Below, in pieces: positions 10,088-19,379 of a stretch of DNA of 60,792 bases (positions are counted from its first letter, which is position 1; each line of letters starts with the position of its first letter). This stretch comes from a virus (Duplodnaviria; Caudoviricetes), in IMG/VR virus record IMGVR_UViG_3300009136_000005, positions 1 through 60,792 of that record. One strand, written 5' to 3'. Position numbers and translations under genes: made by a program. The notes below the pieces were generated by a model. That model was not told the origin of the DNA and ran no database searches. It saw only the letters and a program-made list of their open reading frames with translations.

Positions 10088-10540
10088 ATGCCAACGTTAA
10101 AAGACAAAGTGTCTAAAAAGAAAGTTAATTGGCCAGATCTAGTATTTGCAGCAGAGGCAAATAAAGAATGGTTCGAAGAGGTGACAGTAGTAACACTAAA
10201 GTCACATTACTATGCGAAAGCGTATGAAGCTGCTTGGAGTCAAATTAACAATCCAGATAAGTTAGACGAAACCGCACAAGATATCATGGCGTCAGGATCA
10301 ATAAAAGTTCAAGAATATATCAAAATAAGTAACAATCTCGATGTAGAAATCTGCCTTGATCGAGAGAAAATATCAGATAGTGTTGTAGAAGAAGCATTGA
10401 ACATATTGATGGACGTTGAAATTTTACCAAACATTCATATCAAACTTGGAGACGAGAAAACTTTTCAACCACATGATGTTTGGCAATCATTTTCGGCTGC
10501 TGGAGAAAATAAATCATTTACGCCGAGTTATTTAGTATAA
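10088..10540 (+). CDS. Hypothetical protein
   Basis: Coupled ORF in operon. Confidence 0.65.
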   Translation: MPTLKDKVSKKKVNWPDLVFAAEANKEWFEEVTVVTLKSHYYAKAYEAAWSQINNPDKLDETAQDIMASGSIKVQEYIKISNNLDVEICLDREKISDSVVEEALNILMDVEILPNIHIKLGDEKTFQPHDVWQSFSAAGENKSFTPSYLV

Positions 10541-11163
10541 TGTTAGTAGCAATATCAGGATCGCAAGGATCTGGAAAATCAACAGTTTTAAACGAACTGG
10601 AAAACAGAGGATACAATGTTGTCACCCGAAAAACTTCTCGTTCGATAATGAGCGATTGGGGTGTGACATTGCAAGAAGTAAATAATGATCACGATTTAAC
10701 CATTAAGTTTCAAGACGAAATACTTAAACGAAAATGTGCTGATGAAGATGTAGCATTTCATGGTGTATCTGGGAAGATTGGGTCAGCGAAACAAGTATGG
10801 TTCACTGAAAGAACATATGCTGATTTATTTACGTATGCATTAATTACACTGGGCAAAGAAAATCAATATAGTGACTATATCGATTCATATTTTGAAACCT
10901 GTAAACACCACCAACAAAATTATTCACATGTATTTTATATTGAAAGTGGAATATTTGATGTGGAACACGATGGTGTAAGAGGGTCTAATCAATATTATTC
11001 GGTAATGGCTGATTTGTCAATGCAGAAATTCACTTGGCTGATGTCACCCAATTCAAAATCATATCACAGAATAACCCAAGCACATATAGATGATCGAGTT
11101 GATTTTATCCTCGATACCGTGTATAATATACAAAAAATAAATATAAGAGAACAAACCCAATGA
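10540..11163 (+). CDS. P-loop nucleotide kinase-like ATPase (AAA_28/dNMP kinase-like)
   Basis: N-terminal ISGSQGSGKST Walker A; TER..D motif; DGVR. Confidence 0.7.
   Translation: MLVAISGSQGSGKSTVLNELENRGYNVVTRKTSRSIMSDWGVTLQEVNNDHDLTIKFQDEILKRKCADEDVAFHGVSGKIGSAKQVWFTERTYADLFTYALITLGKENQYSDYIDSYFETCKHHQQNYSHVFYIESGIFDVEHDGVRGSNQYYSVMADLSMQKFTWLMSPNSKSYHRITQAHIDDRVDFILDTVYNIQKINIREQTQ
11099..11127 (+). promoter_or_regulatory. sigma70-like promoter upstream of folE2
   Basis: TTGATT-17bp-TATAAT. Confidence 0.55.
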
Positions 11164-12218
11164 CAAAAAGACACCAACACCAAGCGCCATCTGGCGAATA
11201 TAACAACGTTGATTACTCAGAAAAAATGGACGATTTGGTATTTAAATATGATCAGGATGTGTACCCTCTTGATCACGAATTACCAGACCCACAAGTTGAT
11301 CCTATAATTCCAGGTGAACATGTCTCACTTAAAAAGGTTGGAATCGCACCAGTTGATTTTCCTATTCGTGTTTTACGAAGAGATGGTGGTCAACAGGAAT
11401 TGCAGGCACAAGCATCTTTGTATTGTTCACTAGATGATCCACACGCAAAAGGATTAAACCTTAGCAGATTGTATTTGTTGATGCATGACACGATTAAAGA
11501 TCATCTGACAATTGACGGAATTAAACAAACGATTGAAGAGATGGCAGGACGACTAGGAAGCAACAATGCTTACTGTAAACTCCGTTTCAGATATCCTTGG
11601 ATTCAAAAAGCACTTCGTACTCGTAAACCATTGAATTCATTCGAAGAAAACAATCCAGATCTACACCAATCACTCAGTGATGGAACAAAAGTAAGTCTCG
11701 AAAAGATGGAAGGGCATATCGCATATAATGTAACACTTGAAGGACGTTATGTTAAGGGTGCCAAGAATCCATTTAAGTTTTATCTGACGACCGAATACAC
11801 ATACAGTTCAACATGTCCGTGTAGTTTTGAACTTGCACACAGTGCAAAAGAAAAACGTAACGCTGCAGCAAATGCTCACAGTCAACGTTCGATAATGACT
11901 ACGACTGTTCAGTTTGATCCCGACAACATTGTGTGGATTGAAGATGTGATTGAGTTACACCGTCAGTTAATTCCAACAGAAGTTCAAGTTGTTGTTAAAA
12001 GACGTGATGAACAAGCATTTGCTGAATTGAATGGCTCAAATCTACTATTCAGTGAGGATGCCGTGCGAATCGTGTATGCTGGATTGAAAGAGTGGGTTGA
12101 TGCTGATCGAATTCAAGATTTCACAATTAGTACATCTCACGAAGAAAGTCTTCACCCATGGAATGCAATTGCTGTGACTTGGTACGAAAGAGATGTAGCA
12201 AACGACTCAAACGAATAA
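11160..12218 (+). CDS. folE2: GTP cyclohydrolase IB (FolE2)
   Basis: LPDPQ, KVGI, KGLNLSRL, STCPCS, AHSQRS, VKRRDEQ, LFSEDAVR and ESLH motifs. Confidence 0.9.
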   Translation: MTKRHQHQAPSGEYNNVDYSEKMDDLVFKYDQDVYPLDHELPDPQVDPIIPGEHVSLKKVGIAPVDFPIRVLRRDGGQQELQAQASLYCSLDDPHAKGLNLSRLYLLMHDTIKDHLTIDGIKQTIEEMAGRLGSNNAYCKLRFRYPWIQKALRTRKPLNSFEENNPDLHQSLSDGTKVSLEKMEGHIAYNVTLEGRYVKGAKNPFKFYLTTEYTYSSTCPCSFELAHSAKEKRNAAANAHSQRSIMTTTVQFDPDNIVWIEDVIELHRQLIPTEVQVVVKRRDEQAFAELNGSNLLFSEDAVRIVYAGLKEWVDADRIQDFTISTSHEESLHPWNAIAVTWYERDVANDSNE

Positions 12219-12226
12219 ATACATAT

Positions 12227-12466
12227 ATGGAAAAGGTAATATTTTCAGAGGCAGAAAAGGAGATTATGGAAAATCTCCAAGAGACAATGGGTTTGTCTGC
12301 AATTGAAGCTGCTGATAATGTTGTACGATACAAACGCAATTTGGCGTTGTATTATGAGCAAAAGGGAAACTTCGAACTCGCTAAACATTTATTAATCGAA
12401 CTTGGTGAGTGGGATGATTCTCGTGAGCAGAAATCAACTTATCAAGATATTATCATGCCCGAATAA
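12227..12466 (+). CDS. Small late hypothetical protein
   Basis: ATAAATA at 12215-12221 then ATG at 12227. Confidence 0.55.
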   Translation: MEKVIFSEAEKEIMENLQETMGLSAIEAADNVVRYKRNLALYYEQKGNFELAKHLLIELGEWDDSREQKSTYQDIIMPE

Positions 12467-12477
12467 ATATACGGGCG

Positions 12478-12798
12478 ATGATCAACATAACAGAAAAAGC
12501 ACAAAACCATATGAAAAACATGCTTGCCGAACGAGGCAAGGGTGAAGGAATTCGTGTCGGCGTAAAACCGACTGGATGTTCAGGTTACGGATATATCATT
12601 GAGTATGCCGATACAACGAACGACGATGACAGCATAATTAAAATAGACAATCTTAATATTATAATAGATAGCAAAAGCAAAATATTATTAGAAGGATTGG
12701 AAATAGATTTTGTTGAAGAAAAAATTGGTACAGGTTTAAAATTTACCAACCCAAACAGCAAATCAGTTTGTGGTTGCGGAGAAAGTTTTACTGTATAA
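12478..12798 (+). CDS. iscA: A-type iron-sulfur cluster carrier (IscA/HesB family)
   Basis: MINITEKA, GCSGYGY, NPN...CGCGESF. Confidence 0.93.
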   Translation: MINITEKAQNHMKNMLAERGKGEGIRVGVKPTGCSGYGYIIEYADTTNDDDSIIKIDNLNIIIDSKSKILLEGLEIDFVEEKIGTGLKFTNPNSKSVCGCGESFTV

Positions 12799-12832
12799 TT
12801 AAAATCGTAGTTTGTTGTTATGGGAGGTAACA

Positions 12833-13420
12833 ATGGAATATTTACAATGGATTATTATAATAATCGGTGCTTGGTTTCTTGCCGATTTTCTCACAGGAGT
12901 GTTTCACTGGATTCAGGATCAATTCCTAGCAGAAGGAAAAACCAAAATAAAGTTTATCAATAAGATTGCAACAGAAAATGATTTGCATCACGATAAACCA
13001 GCAGTAATGGGAAAGCGAACATTGTGGGAAAATACTACAACATCGTTAATTCTATCGATTCCACTATTTGTACTTTGCTATTTGTCATCAGCGCCCATCG
13101 TTGTTTGGCTCAGCATTTACTTTGGAATATTTGCGAACGCAATTCACAGTTTCACTCACAAACCGAAGATTAGAATTCCTCGTGGTGTTCAGTGGCTTCA
13201 AAAACTAGGGATGTTTCAGTCAACACAACACCACGCTGTTCATCATTTTAACAAGGGAAAAATTATCACAAAAGAGGATACAACGATTCATTACTGTGTA
13301 ATGACAAATTATATCAACCCAATTCTCGACGGAATTCGCTTTTTTCCAGCAGTAGAATTCGTGCTAAATCTCGTCGGAATCACGTCTCACCGCCTACAAA
13401 AACTGCAGTCTAACGCCTAA
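12833..13420 (+). CDS. CarF/TMEM189(Kua)/FAD4-family membrane lipid desaturase
   Basis: GGAGG RBS; ADFLTGVFHWIQD, HHDKP, HSFTH, HHAVHH and YCVMTNYINPILD His boxes plus TM helices. Confidence 0.85.
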   Translation: MEYLQWIIIIIGAWFLADFLTGVFHWIQDQFLAEGKTKIKFINKIATENDLHHDKPAVMGKRTLWENTTTSLILSIPLFVLCYLSSAPIVVWLSIYFGIFANAIHSFTHKPKIRIPRGVQWLQKLGMFQSTQHHAVHHFNKGKIITKEDTTIHYCVMTNYINPILDGIRFFPAVEFVLNLVGITSHRLQKLQSNA

Positions 13421-13433
13421 AAAATCTCTTATA

Positions 13434-13480
13434 TATCAAGGAGTTATACTGTTGACTTTTAGGTCAAAACAGGGTATAAT
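13434..13480 (+). promoter_or_regulatory. Conserved early promoter with IHF-consensus site
   Basis: TATCAAGGAGTTA (WATCAANNNNTTR) then TTGACT-17bp-TATAAT with TTTAGGTCAAA in the spacer. Confidence 0.8.
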
Positions 13481-13512
13481 ATACGTATATTTGAACAATA
13501 TTGGTATATTCA

Positions 13513-13875
13513 ATGGACACAGACTTCGCACAATTAACCTCTGACAAGGCACGTATTGCGTATATACGCACGAAACTTGTCAACAATGAACGTTGGATGC
13601 TTCGTGGTATGTACGCGATATACAAGTATCAAACGGCAGAGGAACAGACATGTGAAATGACACGTGATTCGAATGGTGTTGGATTTTCTGGCATCGACGG
13701 TGAAATCATGACGTCTTTCTCAAATCAAATGATCAAGCGCGGATTTCTTCAAAAAATGAATCATCCCGAACTTGGCATTCGTATGTTCTTTTCTGAGAAA
13801 CAAGAAAAGTACGTTCGTAAGTACATGCCTCGTTATGCTCGTCAACTTTGCAAGATCGCTACAGGAAAAATTTAA
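13513..13875 (+). CDS. Conserved phage hypothetical protein
   Basis: YxYQTxxEQ...NGVGFSGxD motif; first gene after early promoter. Confidence 0.7.
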   Translation: MDTDFAQLTSDKARIAYIRTKLVNNERWMLRGMYAIYKYQTAEEQTCEMTRDSNGVGFSGIDGEIMTSFSNQMIKRGFLQKMNHPELGIRMFFSEKQEKYVRKYMPRYARQLCKIATGKI

Positions 13876-14387
13876 TGAATCCAATCAAACAAATTGCTGA
13901 ATATGGCATTCCTACGAATACTTATGGTTCAGCAATTATTCATTTGAATGATCGTGAAGATTTATCTCGTACTCAGTACGAGAAGAGAATCAAAGAATTG
14001 ACTGGTGTAGTACAAGAATACACAGACGATCGAGATGCAAAGTATTGCTTCTTGTATCTGATTCAAGAAACAATTCGTAAGTCATATAACACTGACAAAT
14101 TCAATATGCCTGAACTGTTGGAATATTCAACAACTCGTGCACGGAACTTTGTTCGTGATAATCCATGGCATTGGGCAGTTGCGGAAGAGGAAGTTCAGAT
14201 TGATTCTTTTGGCAAACCGAAACGCAAAAAAGGTGCTAAACAGATTGAAGCACTTCGTATATACAAAGAGAATGTTGATGAAGGGAAACCTGCTATCATC
14301 GACATGTTTATGTCAGAACTTGATATGAGCAAATCAGGTGCGACTACTTATTTTTACAACATGAAAAAGAAGGTTGAAAACGAATAA
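13875..14387 (+). CDS. Hypothetical protein, possible C-terminal DNA-binding domain
   Basis: TAATG coupling; KPKRKKG and LDMSKSGATTYFYN. Confidence 0.65.
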   Translation: MNPIKQIAEYGIPTNTYGSAIIHLNDREDLSRTQYEKRIKELTGVVQEYTDDRDAKYCFLYLIQETIRKSYNTDKFNMPELLEYSTTRARNFVRDNPWHWAVAEEEVQIDSFGKPKRKKGAKQIEALRIYKENVDEGKPAIIDMFMSELDMSKSGATTYFYNMKKKVENE

Positions 14388-14665
14388 TGACTACACGAAC
14401 TTTTACAAAAGATTTTCTGGTGGAGGATTTGGATCTTCCATATAACGACGATATTACAAAGGTAAATGAGGTTATCGACACAAGTCGTTGGTCGATTCAT
14501 TATGACCTTGTGTTTGAGTTCGAAGGAAAACATTATCGTACTTCATATTCAGTCGGTGCGACTGAATCGCAAGACGAATCTCCTTGGGAATATGACGAAG
14601 AAGTTCGTTGTGTTGAAGTCGAGGAACAAGAAATTACAACAACTGCATGGGTGCCTGTATCATGA
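14387..14665 (+). CDS. Conserved phage hypothetical protein
   Basis: SRWSIHY...GATESQ motif; coupled start. Confidence 0.7.
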   Translation: MTTRTFTKDFLVEDLDLPYNDDITKVNEVIDTSRWSIHYDLVFEFEGKHYRTSYSVGATESQDESPWEYDEEVRCVEVEEQEITTTAWVPVS

Positions 14666-15060
14666 ATTCATACAACGATTGGGACGAGTACATGCATAAC
14701 ATGGACAAGTACGGTAATTTAGTCAAGAAGACTAAGCAATCACATCCATACAGTTATGATGCTTTTGTCGTGTGGCAAGATCGAAGTGGTTCGATGAAAC
14801 AAGTATGCGAAAATGCTACTGGTAGTTTGTACACCGATCGTTTGTTACAATGGGATTGGGACAAGCACAATCGTTTGTGTGAAAAGCATTTCGGCAATCA
14901 AGGACAGTATTGGGACAATCGTGATCCAGAAAAGATCGAAGCGTTTCTTCGTGATTGGACTGGTCATGAAGAACTTAAATTAATTCAGGTACGTCAGTAC
15001 TGCAACCAATCAAGCGGATATCCAACTTGGTTACTCGTTTGGGAGAATACACCTCAATGA
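14662..15060 (+). CDS. Hypothetical protein
   Basis: ATGA overlap; HPYSYD...DRLLQWD...SGYP. Confidence 0.65.
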   Translation: MNSYNDWDEYMHNMDKYGNLVKKTKQSHPYSYDAFVVWQDRSGSMKQVCENATGSLYTDRLLQWDWDKHNRLCEKHFGNQGQYWDNRDPEKIEAFLRDWTGHEELKLIQVRQYCNQSSGYPTWLLVWENTPQ

Positions 15061-15177
15061 CATTTGAACAATATATGGAAGTCGCCTTCGTGGTATCGTG
15101 GACGATAGTTGGTGGTTTACTGCTTTGGTTAACATATCAAGGCGTAATGGCTCATATTGAGCGCAAGGGGAATAAAG

Positions 15178-15507
15178 ATGACTAAAAATTATGGAGACGA
15201 GCTCAACGATTGGTGGGATAAACTTAACAAGGCAAATGAGCCGTTGCGACAAATCATGCTGCGACAGTGGGATGATACTGGTCGATCAACACGAGACATC
15301 ATTGAAAGTTATCGTGAGTTGCTTATACTGGCAAACGATGACTACCACAAGTTTCGTGATCTTTACAAAGAATTTCTGTGCGATTTAAAAGCACCATCAA
15401 TTCTCGAAAATGAAGCCGATGCTTTTTATGCAATTTACATGCATGGAAAGATGGTCGGAGTAACAGAATTTGCGGCTGAATTGAATGAAGGAGTATTCGG
15501 AAAATGA
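15178..15507 (+). CDS. Hypothetical protein
   Basis: GGGG RBS before ATG at 15178. Confidence 0.6.
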   Translation: MTKNYGDELNDWWDKLNKANEPLRQIMLRQWDDTGRSTRDIIESYRELLILANDDYHKFRDLYKEFLCDLKAPSILENEADAFYAIYMHGKMVGVTEFAAELNEGVFGK

Positions 15508-15716
15508 ACAAAGTAAAGACATTCTTCTGTACTGCTGATCCAGCATTGTCTGCATTATTCATTGTTTGTGGAGCGATGGTAACTTGGAACGCTTATACTA
15601 CACCCAAATTTTGGTTGGTAATGATAGGCGGCGTTTTCATCACCGGTGGATTGTTTACCATCGGTTTTGGATTGTATCATCTAATCAAATGGGCACAGTC
15701 GCATTGTGGAGAATAA
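15504..15716 (+). CDS. Small two-TM membrane protein
   Basis: Two hydrophobic segments; ATGA overlap. Confidence 0.6.
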   Translation: MNKVKTFFCTADPALSALFIVCGAMVTWNAYTTPKFWLVMIGGVFITGGLFTIGFGLYHLIKWAQSHCGE

Positions 15717-15717
15717 A

Positions 15718-16098
15718 ATGACCGACAAGAAAACAATCGTGTACAAAATTCAACGAGAGTCTGATGGACTGTTCTCTGCTGGTGGTTCCACACCTCGTTT
15801 TACAAAGGTAGGTAAATTGTGGAGAATGAAAGGACATCTAACGAGTCATTTAACCCAATTACATAACGGTAACGGATGTTGGCACGCAGGTGGTCCTCAT
15901 GTTTATGCTGGTTGCAAAATTTTACAATTTGAACTTATTGAAATTCCAGCAGGTCCGGAAATGACAGTAGGGGAATATTTAGCCGCCATCCACGAGCGCA
16001 AAGAGGTCAAAGAGCAAAAACAAATGGAGCGCCGTATTGAAATTGAAAGAGAAACCCGCAAACAACAATACGAAAAATTAAGAAAAGAATTCGGATGA
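15718..16098 (+). CDS. Hypothetical protein
   Basis: GGAG RBS; FSAGG..P.F.K.GK.W motif. Confidence 0.65.
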   Translation: MTDKKTIVYKIQRESDGLFSAGGSTPRFTKVGKLWRMKGHLTSHLTQLHNGNGCWHAGGPHVYAGCKILQFELIEIPAGPEMTVGEYLAAIHERKEVKEQKQMERRIEIERETRKQQYEKLRKEFG

Positions 16099-16205
16099 AC
16101 AAAAAATTAGCGACAATTTTGGGTAACATGTTTAGAATTGGGGTTATACTTCTCGTCGGTGTTTGCATATATGCTGCATTTAAGAATTGATCACAAATAA
16201 AACCC

Positions 16206-16234
16206 TTGACACTTCTCCTAAAATGTGGTACGCT
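16206..16234 (+). promoter_or_regulatory. sigma70 promoter with extended -10
   Basis: TTGACA-17bp-TACGCT preceded by TG. Confidence 0.6.
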
Positions 16235-16266
16235 ATGTACAACAAACTCATTTTAGGAGAAGAAAA

Positions 16267-16635
16267 ATTAGCGAATCAGATTACAATATTGAAGTGTTCT
16301 GTACACTTCAAATAGAAGGCACACATAATTGGCCAACTTGTCCTTTTGACGAGGTCGATTATCTCAGAGTACCACACCGTCACATCTTTCACATCAAAGC
16401 ATTTGCACTTGTGAGTCACACAGATCGCGATGTTGAATTTATTATGTTAAAGCATGATTTGGAAAGATATTTCCAAAGTATGTGGTTTAATTTTAATAAA
16501 GGATTGTGCGAATTTGGTGCAAAATCTTGTGAGATGATTGCAATTGATTTAATCGAAACATTTGGATTAACTCGTTGTGAAGTTTCAGAAGACAACGAAA
16601 ACGGAGCAATAGTAACATGCAAGACTGGTACATAA
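16267..16635 (+). CDS. QueD/PTPS-like T-fold protein; probable ATT start
   Basis: EGTHNWP, HRHIFHI, DRDVEFI, SCEMIA and VSEDNENGA motifs; AGGAG 7 nt before in-frame ATT. Confidence 0.65.
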   Translation: MSESDYNIEVFCTLQIEGTHNWPTCPFDEVDYLRVPHRHIFHIKAFALVSHTDRDVEFIMLKHDLERYFQSMWFNFNKGLCEFGAKSCEMIAIDLIETFGLTRCEVSEDNENGAIVTCKTGT

Positions 16636-16814
16636 ACAAAGACGAATTTAATACAAGTAGAACGAAACAAGAATCTAGAAGAGCATTCGCAGCAGATCGT
16701 GAGCGAACTTTTATGAAAGCAAATGAAGATTTCAGTGGTGGAGTTAAGTTAGGTTTTTGCTACCTTCCTCTTGCTTTTGCTTTGGCATGGATCGGAATAA
16801 TTTTAACATCATGA
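16617..16814 (+). CDS. Small membrane protein
   Basis: GGAG RBS; C-terminal TM. Confidence 0.5.
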   Translation: MQDWYINKDEFNTSRTKQESRRAFAADRERTFMKANEDFSGGVKLGFCYLPLAFALAWIGIILTS

Positions 16815-17605
16815 AGAATCCTCAATTTTGTATCATAACACCAACTGCATATTGTAAATTATTTGCATCACAATCATCGATGCATCTTGTGTTAGCACAC
16901 TGTGTTGATAACGATGAACAGTATGCAGAATTTTATGCCAACCGCAAAGAGTTTAAAATTATGGATAATGGTGCATTCGAACTTGGCGAAAGTTATGCAC
17001 CAGACAAGTTAATTGAACTTGCTCGTAAGTGTAATGCTGATGCAATTGTTCTTCCAGATTATCCTTTTCAAGCATCATCTGTAACGATTGATGCTTCAAA
17101 GAAATTAATTGATCCTGTCAAAGAAGCAGGATTTAAAACAATGTATGTTCCACAAAGCGAAACTGGTGATATTGAAGATTGGATTCTTGGATATCGTTGG
17201 GGTGCTGATCATGCCGATATTGATATTATTGGTATGAGCATTCTTGGAGTTCCAAATGCGATTCCACATATTCATATTGGTTATGCTCGTGTTGTAATGA
17301 CACAGATTCTTATTGAGCAACAGTATTTTGACTTTGATAAGTACCATCATTATCTTGGATTGAATGCAGGACCAAAATTAGAGTTACCATCTCTAATTAA
17401 TATGGGGGTAATGGATTCATGTGATAGTTCAGGTCCAGTTTGGGCAGGTATCACAAACCACGAATATAGTTACAACACAGACAGCTTACAAAGTGTCAGC
17501 AAAATTAAACACCATGTTGATTTTGATTACCCATTAACGACTGATCCTGCAACACTACATCGCATTCAAAAGAATATTAACATGACATTGGAGTTGTTTG
17601 AATGA
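16811..17605 (+). CDS. TGT/DpdA-like TIM-barrel protein (candidate base-exchange transglycosylase)
   Basis: IMDNGAF (cf. TGT DSGGF), VLPD, VPQ, HYLG (cf. HLLG), DSCDSS (cf. DSxDS); lies with queD/queE/folE2. Confidence 0.55.
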   Translation: MKNPQFCIITPTAYCKLFASQSSMHLVLAHCVDNDEQYAEFYANRKEFKIMDNGAFELGESYAPDKLIELARKCNADAIVLPDYPFQASSVTIDASKKLIDPVKEAGFKTMYVPQSETGDIEDWILGYRWGADHADIDIIGMSILGVPNAIPHIHIGYARVVMTQILIEQQYFDFDKYHHYLGLNAGPKLELPSLINMGVMDSCDSSGPVWAGITNHEYSYNTDSLQSVSKIKHHVDFDYPLTTDPATLHRIQKNINMTLELFE

Positions 17606-18000
17606 GTATAACATACACATCCCGTCTATTAAAGTGTGACGAACCAACTCCGCGATCCAAAAAAATATATCCAACCGATGAAGTGAAGAAAGCGATCAAC
17701 GACTTTATGGAAAACAGTGTTATTCATTTGGGAGAAATGGATGGGGATACTCAACACATCAACCTCGACCGAGTCTCTCACAGAATAAACAAAACGTATG
17801 TAGACGATGATGGTTGGTGGGTAGCAGAAATCGAAACAATAGAAACACCAATGGGAAATATATTATCACAATTACTTGAAGCAGGTATTGAACCACGACT
17901 TACTCCACGTTCCACCGGACGTATTGTAGACGAGTCGAAACATTTCGGCACAGTATCAGATCTTCAAATAATTACAATAGATGTAGTTGCACAAGAATAA
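17602..18000 (+). CDS. Prohead protease (T4 gp21-like) paralog, probably inactive
   Basis: IYP, LGE, INLDRVSHRI, TPMGNIL..LL..G and IITIDVV motifs; the usual GELxHP and SSRG catalytic motifs are altered. Confidence 0.7.
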   Translation: MSITYTSRLLKCDEPTPRSKKIYPTDEVKKAINDFMENSVIHLGEMDGDTQHINLDRVSHRINKTYVDDDGWWVAEIETIETPMGNILSQLLEAGIEPRLTPRSTGRIVDESKHFGTVSDLQIITIDVVAQE

Positions 18001-18017
18001 CAAAAAGAGGAATAATA

Positions 18018-18242
18018 ATGGAAAATCAACACCAAAAGATTACAGGGTATCGTGAACTTAATCAAGAAGAAATCGATAGAATAAATGATGCAAAATTACT
18101 CGCTGTACACGTGGGTGAACTTGTCGACAAATTAAAATCAATGGACGGATTGGATCAACGATGGATAGCAGAAGGAAAGACTGATTTACAAAAAGGTTTT
18201 ATGTCTCTCATTCGAGGAATCGCTCAACCGAGTACATTCTAA
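18018..18242 (+). CDS. acb2: Anti-CBASS cyclic-nucleotide sponge (Acb2/Vs.4 family)
   Basis: MENQHQKITGYRELNQEEID..N..K...RW...GKTDLQKGFM..IR.IAQP..F closely matches the Acb2 signature. Confidence 0.88.
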   Translation: MENQHQKITGYRELNQEEIDRINDAKLLAVHVGELVDKLKSMDGLDQRWIAEGKTDLQKGFMSLIRGIAQPSTF

Positions 18243-18244
18243 TT

Positions 18245-18766
18245 ATGTTTATTAACCCACTAACAGCAATAGAGCAAGGATGGATCACAGGTACATTCTC
18301 AGACAAGAACATTCAACCTAATGCGATTGACTTTACGTTAGATAAGTTGTTTACGATCGATCACGAAAATGCTTTCATCCTCAGCGAAGATGACAAGTAT
18401 ATGAGAGGTGGTGAAGAAATCGAAGCAGAACATGACGAAGAAGATGGACTGCATTATTGGCCGATCGATATCAGAACTTCTTATGATGGTATGTCAAGCA
18501 TGTATGTCAAACTTCCAGAAGGTGTTGCGTGTATGTTGATTGTCCGCAGCACACTTAACAGAAACGGAATATTTATCACATCAGGATTATACGATAGTGG
18601 ATACGAAGGACACATTGGATTCGCACTTCATAACATAAGTGGTCCTGCCAAAATAGCAACAGGAACACGTGTTGGACAAATCATGTTCATTCCATCTGAC
18701 TCAGCAAAAATGTATGATGGTGGATGGAATCATGGTAAGGATACACATCACTCAGAGAAAAAGTAA
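18245..18766 (+). CDS. dCTP deaminase/trimeric dUTPase family protein
   Basis: QPNAID, RSTLNRNG, YDSGYEG, RVGQ. Confidence 0.85.
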   Translation: MFINPLTAIEQGWITGTFSDKNIQPNAIDFTLDKLFTIDHENAFILSEDDKYMRGGEEIEAEHDEEDGLHYWPIDIRTSYDGMSSMYVKLPEGVACMLIVRSTLNRNGIFITSGLYDSGYEGHIGFALHNISGPAKIATGTRVGQIMFIPSDSAKMYDGGWNHGKDTHHSEKK

Positions 18767-19008
18767 TGTACGATATTTTTGGAATCAAACGAAGAGCAAG
18801 AGAAAAACACGAGGCCGAATTGCAGGAGAAGTTGGCCGCGTCACTCCGTAATTATAACGCTGAAATAGATGACACGATATCTGAATTTACAGAAGTTGAT
18901 TTTGGTAAAGGTCCAGTACGTGTTAGAAAGCAGCAAATTGAACTTGTTGATGTTTGGGATGTAAATCCTGGTGATAGTTCACAGTGGTTTAAAGATGAAC
19001 AAAGATAG
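18766..19008 (+). CDS. Hypothetical protein
   Basis: Coupled ORF. Confidence 0.55.
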   Translation: MYDIFGIKRRAREKHEAELQEKLAASLRNYNAEIDDTISEFTEVDFGKGPVRVRKQQIELVDVWDVNPGDSSQWFKDEQR

Positions 19009-19183
19009 AGTAGATCCCAAATATCAACACCTTGCCAAAGAAATTGAAGAATTATTGAATGCAAATGGTTTTGATTTTGAAATTGATGACATGCACGATA
19101 TCATTGAAACGAAGTCGGGCGACTATAATAGCATTCCCATGATCAAAATGTTTCGTAGATTTGAGGAGAATAATAATGAGTAA
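18995..19183 (+). CDS. Hypothetical protein
   Basis: Short ORF in operon, ATG at 18995. Confidence 0.5.
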   Translation: MNKDRVDPKYQHLAKEIEELLNANGFDFEIDDMHDIIETKSGDYNSIPMIKMFRRFEENNNE

Positions 19184-19379
19184 AGTAACAATGAACGAGG
19201 AGACTCGACAACAACAACTTCAAGTTAAACAATCTATAATTAATATTATGAGCGATAACAATGTGTTCATTTATACTGTTGATTACAGTGATTTGGAGAT
19301 CGATGGAGATTTGCAACAAATTACAATTAAGTATAGAGATCACGAAGAAGTGGAGATAACAGACGATGGCAACAGTTAA
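19176..19379 (+). CDS. Hypothetical protein
   Basis: GAGGAG RBS before ATG at 19176. Confidence 0.55.
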   Translation: MSKVTMNEETRQQQLQVKQSIINIMSDNNVFIYTVDYSDLEIDGDLQQITIKYRDHEEVEITDDGNS

